Source: Octopus vulgaris (Eukaryota). From it: 64,000 bases of DNA. Location of the stretch: assembly GCA_951406725.2 (NCBI GenBank), contig OX597842.1:33418001-33482000 (forward strand), in the 5' to 3' direction. The translations under genes were made by a program, and so were the position numbers. The notes under the pieces are model-generated. The model was not told where the DNA came from and searched no databases. It saw only the letters and a program-made list of their open reading frames with translations. How positions within the stretch are numbered: position 1 is the stretch's first letter; every line of letters begins with the position of its first letter. Below are positions 55,857-64,000 of this stretch, one piece after another.

Positions 55857-56567
55857 TAAGTGCGTGAAAATACTTTATATATATATGAATAGGTGTATTC
55901 CGATAAGTGTGTTTACAGTTTATATTCCGTATGAGTTCGATTCCCAGGTATTCCAGTTACACCAAAATAGGAAATTTTTTTTCCTTTTTACAAAGAACAA
56001 CTTATTGTCAAAATTTTTCTAAATATACATATACATATATATATATATCATAAATATTTCTGTATAATATATATACAAATATATACGTAAGTACGTACGT
56101 ATGTATGTATGTATGTATGTATGTATGTATGTATGTATGTATGTATGTACTGTGTGTATGTATATATGTATGTATGTATGTAAGTATGTATGTATGTAAG
56201 TATGTATGTATGTATGTATGTATGTATGTATGTATGTATGTATGTATGTATGTATGTATGTATGTATGTATGTATAAACAGTCTGAAAGTTATCAAAGTA
56301 TTGAAGCCGATTTTCATACGTGGTTAAACCGAGTTTTTTTGTTTGTTAGGTGTTGCCATAATCATTATATTTCCGTCGTTGTCGTAATCAAAGACCACGC
56401 TGGAGCACTTACGTGTGAAAAGGGAAAAGTAGTTGTATATGCATAAATATAATTGCTTCAATGATTCAGCCGTGTGTATTTAAGTGTATATAATACGCAA
56501 CAATGCAATAATTAGTCAACTGTTATAATTACTATACACTGGGCCAATGCATTTAGGATTATCTTCA

Positions 56568-56600
<33 letters not shown>

Positions 56601-56757
56601 TTAATGTGTATGTGCGCGTCTGTATGAATATATATATACGTGTGTGTGTGCGTGTATAATTTTTTTTAGAAGTTGAATTTAAGTTAATTTATATATTGTC
56701 TGACTATACACAACTCTCAAAATATATAGGTATACACATTTAAATAGAATGCGGTGT

Positions 56758-56835
56758 GTATAACACTTGACATCATACAAGAATGTATATAAACACACAA
56801 AGCTGTATATATACTTATTTACGAACGCATGAATA

Positions 56836-56871
<36 letters not shown>

Positions 56872-57338
56872 TGTATGTATGTATGTATGTGTGTATGTAT
56901 ATGTGTATGTATGTATGTGTGTATGTATGTGTGTATGTATGTATGTATGTATATATAGACGTGTGTAATTTGCTAAGATTTCACCAAAAATTCGTATAAA
57001 TGGTACATCGAACAGAAAGTATCTATGTAGAATATATGTATAGCTATGTGTAGATTTCCTGTGTGTATAATTTATATGTTTAATGTATAACACTTGACAT
57101 CATTCAAGAATGCATATAAATACACAAACCTGCATATATACTTATTTACGAACGCATGAATATATATATATATATATGTATGTATGTATGTATGTATATA
57201 TGTATATATAGAAGTGTGTAATTTGCTAAGATTTCACAAACAATTCGTATAAATGGTACATCGAACAGAAAGCGTCTATGTAGAATATATGTATAGCTGT
57301 GTGTGGAGCTCCTGTGTGTATAATTTATACGTTTAATG
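56758..57338. repeat. Tandem duplication, first unit about 327 bp
   Basis: TAACACTTGACATCAT at 56761 and 57088; shared GTAATTTGCTAAGATTTCAC...GGTACATCGAACAGAAAG. Confidence 0.85.
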
Positions 57339-57549
57339 CGTGCACATATAGGAATATGTAAAAATTATTGATTCTAACGCGCTTAACTGAGATTGCAATC
57401 CGATTCTTTTACACTCAAAGACAGGCGCAAAACTGTTGCAAGTAAAGAATTCTCTCCCAGCCGATTCCATTCAAGAGCTTCTGTTCAAAGTAAGTATTGG
57501 TTTTTCTGGCATTAGTAAATAGAGACGGAGTGTATATGTGTATGTATAT

Positions 57550-57609
<60 letters not shown>

Positions 57610-57988
57610 GTGTGTTTATATATGTGTATATATATATCACAAAATGTTTGTGTTTATGTCAATGTATATATGTGTATGTATATATGTATATATATATATA
57701 TGTGTGTGTGTGTATGTGTGTATATGTGTATATATATATCACAAAATGATTGTGTGTGTAAGTGTATGTCAGTATGTATATAATTATGAACGTGTTTCTA
57801 TGTGTGTATATGAAGGATTTCACAACTTGTCCCAGTGTGGGTGGGTATATATGTATGTATATATATATATATATACGTATGTATGTATGTATGTATGTAT
57901 GTATGTATGTATGTATATATACGTGTGTATATATATTGGAATATATCTAAAGAATGTGGCAGTTATGTAAAGTGTGTGAATATATATG

Positions 57989-58053
<65 letters not shown>

Positions 58054-58590
58054 ATAAAACTACACGCTTATATAGCTTCTATAATTTTACGACTGTATAT
58101 TATACATTTTCTGTATGTATAAACCATATATAGTAATATACATAACTATACAAACTTGTTTAAAATGGCGTACTTAAACGAATTTTTTGTATATACTCGC
58201 CTAAATATGCATGTATTTCCGCATGAATATGAATGTATGTATATCATGGTACATTACTATTATATATATTTCTAAGACACATATATATGTTTACTTGTAT
58301 ATGTTGAAGAAAAAGTATGCATTATACACATATATATACATATATATAATTTATATGTAGGTATGTATGTATATAATTTATATGTACCTATGTATGTATG
58401 TATATTTTTTAACTTTTTTTTCGTTGTATTAATTCGCTTTTTTCTGCATTTTTATGTTATTATGTAAAGCAATGTAGAAGCCGTTGTTATATACGTTCTA
58501 CAGTCTTTTTGCAAGAGAATTGATGGATTCTGAGTTCGAATTACAATAAGGGTAGCACGTCAATATATTTAATTTTCTTTTCTTTTTTGG

Positions 58591-58634
<44 letters not shown>

Positions 58635-58689
58635 ACAAGTCGGTTGTATATGTATACCTTTGTACAAAGAATACAATACACACAAAATA

Positions 58690-58727
<38 letters not shown>

Positions 58728-59265
58728 GTACACACACGGGTCTGTAGGTTAAATGTTCCTGGATTCGTTTAGCACTTCAATCCCGCGTTGTAAGCCATGC
58801 TGGAGCAACGCCACCATATTAGCCGTATTTATACATGTATATATATAATGAAAAGCAGTCGCCCCCTTGTAAGGTTTGAAACCCCTGCCTCTAGATTTGC
58901 TTCTTAAGTAAAAAATAATTTATAAAAATATATGAGTCACCTTTCTAATACACGATTGAACAATATATAAAAATGTCTTTAGGTTTTTTTTTCTTTCTTA
59001 CGTATTTCTACACATATACATCTATGTGTGTATATAATTAAACATACATGCTTATATATATATATATATGTTGTACTCCGTTGAGTTGATACTCCGAGTT
59101 CCACGTTTCGTTAACTTTTTTTTTTGTACTTTGTATAAAACGGAACACTTCCTGTGTATATTGAGTACTCCGGTATCCTGGACTGTTTCTCCACGAGAGA
59201 TTTAAGTTGTGGGGGTGTGTTTGGATATACGTATGGACTGTGTGTGTGTTTGTATAAGTGTGTGC

Positions 59266-59266
<1 letters not shown>

Positions 59267-59336
<70 letters not shown>

Positions 59337-59462
59337 GAGGTATGTAGGTAGGTAGGTAGATAGATAGATAGATAGTTACAGAGGTAGGTAGACAGATAGA
59401 TATATAGATAGACAGATCGATAGAGAGAGAGGTAGGTAGATAGATAGATAGATAGATAGATT

Positions 59463-59527
<65 letters not shown>

Positions 59528-59585
59528 CTAAATAGTCGAGAAGGAAATAGATAAACAGTTAGACAGAGATAGATAAATAGATAGA
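59267..59585. repeat. (GATA)n microsatellite
   Basis: Direct tandem. Confidence 0.95.
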
Positions 59586-59667
59586 TAGACAGAGAGATGG
59601 GTAAATCCTTGTAGTTTTTTAAACAGTAATAAATGACTATGTATATATATGAGTTTATATGTGTGTT

Positions 59668-59707
<40 letters not shown>

Positions 59708-60147
59708 TGTATCAGTATTTAAGTCGTAACAAACAGTTCCTCAACAAGAATATGTTAATGTGTAAACACATATCCGTATAATTGTATATATAAGTATGTG
59801 TCTATATGCCTAAATGTGTCTGTGTTTGTATGTATGGGTGTGTGTGCGTGTGTGTGTGTCTGTGTGTGTGTGTGAGGGTGTATTCACGCAAACAAGATGT
59901 CGGCTAACGTCTCCTCGCCGCGATCCAGTCTCTGAGATGGATTAAAGAAAAAGCGTGTACGTCGAGCAGCGATGTATGTCTAAATATTTAGGCTGTAGAG
60001 AAAGAGAGAGCGAGAGATAGAGATAGAGAGAGAGAGAGAGATAGAAGCGGGAGAAGTAGAGAGAGGGAGGGAGTGAGCAGAAGAGAAAGAAACAGAGAGT
60101 GTGCTTACATACGTATGTATATGCGTTTGTCGATATAGTTTACAGCT

Positions 60148-60207
<60 letters not shown>

Positions 60208-60214
60208 TGAACGT

Positions 60215-60437
60215 GGAGGCGCAATGGCCCAGTGGTTAGGGCAGCGGACTCGCGGTCGGAAAACCGCGGTTTCGATTCCCAGACCGGCCGTTGTGTGTGT
60301 TTATTGAGCGAAAAACGCCTAAAAAACTCCACGAGGTTTCGGCAGGGGGTGGTGGCGAACCCTGTTGTACTCTTTCGTCACAACATTCTCTCACACTTTC
60401 TTCCTGTTTCTTGGGTAGTGCTGCGATGGACTGGCGT
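60215..60437 (+). mobile_element. SINE with a tRNA-Arg-like head, 3'-truncated
   Basis: TGGCCCAGTGGTTAGGGCAGCGGACTCGCGGTC...GTTTCGATTCCC gives A and B boxes with TCG at the anticodon position; no acceptor stem, and it runs on into a non-tRNA body. Confidence 0.8.
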
Positions 60438-60473
60438 GTATATATATATTTATATGCATGTATATATATATGC

Positions 60474-60578
<105 letters not shown>

Positions 60579-60650
60579 CATATATATATATGTATGCATA
60601 TATATATGTATGCATATATATATGCATGTATGCATATATATATGTATGTA

Positions 60651-60707
<57 letters not shown>

Positions 60708-60996
60708 GCATACATATATGCATACATATATATGTATGATGGAAGGTAAGATTCACTCATGGATTGGTGGATGGTTAAAATGGATGAGGAGTTGTGTATG
60801 TATCTGAGTATAGGTTATAGCTTACATATATGTGCTTGTGTACGACTCTTTATTCTCACTGTGAAAGCGTATATATGTCTATATATGTGCATATATAGAT
60901 AGATCTATCTATCTTAGCTATTCAAATACAAAAACAAACATATATATATATATATATATTTCTGCCTTTATAGCTATCCACCTCTTTCTGTCTGTA

Positions 60997-61066
<70 letters not shown>

Positions 61067-61572
61067 TAAAGAGGAGGTTGGAGCAGTTTGCGTGTGTCTG
61101 GGTATATATACATGAATAAAATTCTGTGTATATATATTTGTATGACTGTTTGTAGTAGAGGTCTGTATGCATATATGTATGTGTAACAGTATGTATGTTA
61201 TACATACACACTTCAATGGAAGAACGGCTCATATAAGTAAGCGTCTATGCTTGTGTTGTGTCTAGCTAAGATGTATACAAAAAGAAAAGAGGGGGAGAGA
61301 GAGAGAGAGCAGGCGGGAGAGATAAAAAAGTTGCAGAGCTCTGCGTCTAAATATATATATATATACACGCACAAATACAAATATATAAATATACACACAG
61401 TTATCTCTTTCATTCTCTTTTCTCAAACACACACATATATACACATACACATACATATATATATCATATATACTTAAGCATATATATATCAATGTATGGA
61501 CATTATATTTCTCTTACGACGAAGTTTATATATGTGTATATAGTAACACACACACAAACATGTGTAGTTTTA

Positions 61573-61634
<62 letters not shown>

Positions 61635-61719
61635 CATTGGAGACACATTGACTGAATCCGTGTGAACACTATATTTGCGTGTATGTATACATACATAAGT
61701 GAATGTATTCATTTTATAA

Positions 61720-61771
<52 letters not shown>

Positions 61772-61799
61772 AACACACACATACATATATATATAAATT

Positions 61800-62008
61800 T
61801 TTTCCGTAATGAAATAAAAAAACCCAACGCTGTGTAGATTTTAGAACATTTATGAATAGAAGGCCTTACAGCTGTTTCTAGGATATTTATTATATCCCTT
61901 CATCGGAGACGGTGTGAGAAGATGGTTAAACAATAGTTAATTTAGATAAGATACGAAGTAGAGAGTGAGGTGGAGGAATTAAAATAGATGTGAGATAAGC
62001 AGGGATAT
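61800..62008 (-). mobile_element. (TA)n-flanked element with the best-preserved hammerhead-like motif (family E)
   Basis: Minus 61863-61910 reads GTCT CCGATGA A GGGATAT-AATAA-ATATCCT A GAAA CAGCTG TA AGGC. Confidence 0.65.
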
Positions 62009-62031
62009 TGTATTTATATATATATATATAT

Positions 62032-62245
62032 GGTAAGACAGAGATGGAAGAAGAGTTAAGTGCAAGGAGGAAGACGTATGTTTATCTGATTCTAGATTTT
62101 GAGACGTTACTCGTGAATTTCTTCTGGTGGACAAAGTTTCATCAGATGACAACATTGGTGAAATATCTCATCGTAACTGTCATCCGACGAAACGTTCCCC
62201 AACAGGGAAACTGGGACAAATACCCTCACGGCTAAGGCCCCATTA
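62032..62245. mobile_element. Element with a divergent pair of hammerhead-like cores
   Basis: GTTTCATCAGATGACA (62136-62151) and TGTCATCCGACGAAAC (62178-62193) form an inverted repeat; the minus copy has CTGATGA...GAAA TTCACGAG TA. Confidence 0.45.
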
Positions 62246-62305
62246 CAAACATATATATATGTTCAAACACACATATATGTACATATTTTTATAGGCATTG
62301 TCACA

Positions 62306-62511
62306 CGCCATGATAGATCGTTAGCTCCTACACGCATTTTGTTCTCTCCTTTTTTCTCTCCTTGTTTCTTTTCTGTGTATCTTTCCTGTCGAAGAGCGTA
62401 GGCTCGAAACGTAAAAGGCTTTTGCCAATCCTGAGCGCTATACTAAAACATTTGTTTGTTTGTTTGTACTCCACCTGCCTTCGTCTTTTGTTGATTTTCG
62501 TAAACTTTCCC
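62306..62511 (+). mobile_element. Short element with hammerhead-like motif (family C)
   Basis: 62381-62417 reads CTTT C CTGTCGA A GAGC-GTAG-GCTC GAAA CG TA AAAG; paralog of 7113-7320. Confidence 0.7.
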
Positions 62512-62513
62512 TT

Positions 62514-62550
<37 letters not shown>

Positions 62551-62552
62551 AA

Positions 62553-62606
<54 letters not shown>

Positions 62607-62829
62607 TAAAAAAATGGAGTTAATGCATGAATTTTTTCCGTGTTAATTGTTAACAAGATAAAAATACACTCATCTATATATATATATATATATATATCCT
62701 GTATGCATTTATATGCATGTGCAATCAAGACAAAACTGGAAGCGCATTGTAATCAGTGGTGTATCTGGTGGGCTGGTCGATGGTGGGTCACATACACAAA
62801 CACACGCACGTGTGAGTATGTATGTGTCT

Positions 62830-63173
62830 ATATATATATATACACACACACATATATATATATACACACACACACACATATATACACACACACACATATA
62901 TATGTACACACACACACACACATATATATACACACACACATATATATACACACACACACATATATATACACACACACATATATATACACACACACATATA
63001 TATACACACACACACATATATATATACACACACACATATATACACACACACACATATATATATACACACACACACATATATATACACACACACACACATA
63101 TATATATACACACACACACACATATATATATACACACACACACACATATATACACACACACACACACATATAT

Positions 63174-63224
<51 letters not shown>

Positions 63225-63263
63225 TATATATACACACACACACACACACACATATATATACAT

Positions 63264-63319
<56 letters not shown>

Positions 63320-63450
63320 CAATATAGACACACACACACGCATATATATATACACACACACATATATGTATATACACATACACACACGCACACACATATA
63401 TATATAAACAATATAGACACACACACACACACACACAGACACACACGCAC
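62830..63450. repeat. Compound [(TA)n(CA)m] higher-order microsatellite
   Basis: Regular alternation of short TA and CA runs. Confidence 0.9.
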
Positions 63451-64000
63451 GCATATACTACTGTATGCGTACGCTCACACAGTTCCGCCGCCAGTTTCTT
63501 CGCTTTCCTATGCAAAACAAATACACGCCATATATGAGTGTTTATGCGTGTGTGTGTCCGAAACTGTACGTATTTACGTTTGTGTGTGTGTATGCGTGTG
63601 TGTGTGTGTGTGTGTATGAGCTTGTTGTACACTTGTGCTTCTGTATAAAGTGTGTGCCTTTGTAGAAGAAATATCTGTGCGTGTGTCTTTATTTGTTGTG
63701 TGTGTATGCATTTGTGAGTTTGTTTGCGTAAAAATCTGTCTGTGTTCGCTCTACGTGATTGGACGACATTACTCGGCGTTCGACTAGCGCCGCCTATCCC
63801 GGCTTCTCCTCCACTCGCGCCATATACACACACGTACACGTACGTGTGTGTCACACGCAAGTCGTTTCTGCATCCAGATATTGGCTCATATATATATATA
63901 TATATATGTCTGTGTGTGTGTATCTTTGTATCTGCGTGTGTGTGAGTGTGTGTGTGTTGGTCCTTTCTTCTTTCTATCTCTCTTTATCTCTCGTTTTTTC

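Noticed and set aside
59075-59115. Minus-strand CGTGGAACTCGGAGTA resembling the family D 3' half
   Set aside because: The core and helix II are missing, so it is too decayed to call.
60215-60290. tRNA-Arg gene
   Set aside because: It has no acceptor-stem pairing and continues into a SINE body; the same applies to the other tRNA-like heads.

Overview
This is eukaryotic, AT-rich, almost entirely non-coding DNA saturated with (TA)n, (CA)n, (TATG)n, (GATA)n and (AAT)n microsatellites. The SINE families and microsatellite load look like an Octopus/cephalopod genome, which is inferred from recall and not checked. Nearly all listed ORFs are microsatellite or SINE read-throughs. Supported content: many tRNA-derived SINE copies (a CORE-type family here called A, a Nin/Deu-domain family and two others), four mariner-derived MITEs, a decayed R4/Dong-type restriction-like endonuclease fragment, a Helitron-like relic, several local tandem duplications and fold-back palindromes, and one plausible minus-strand coding exon (49681-49874). 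The most interesting signal is a set of unrelated short elements sitting in or next to (TA)n/(CA)n tracts. They each fold into a minimal type I hammerhead-ribozyme-like motif, often with a CCGANGA rather than CUGANGA core and a palindromic helix III, and some occur as inverted pairs or a decayed tandem array. This is Penelope/retrozyme-like. A perfect consensus NR4A dimer site (NurRE) is also present. All calls are by eye and boundaries are approximate.
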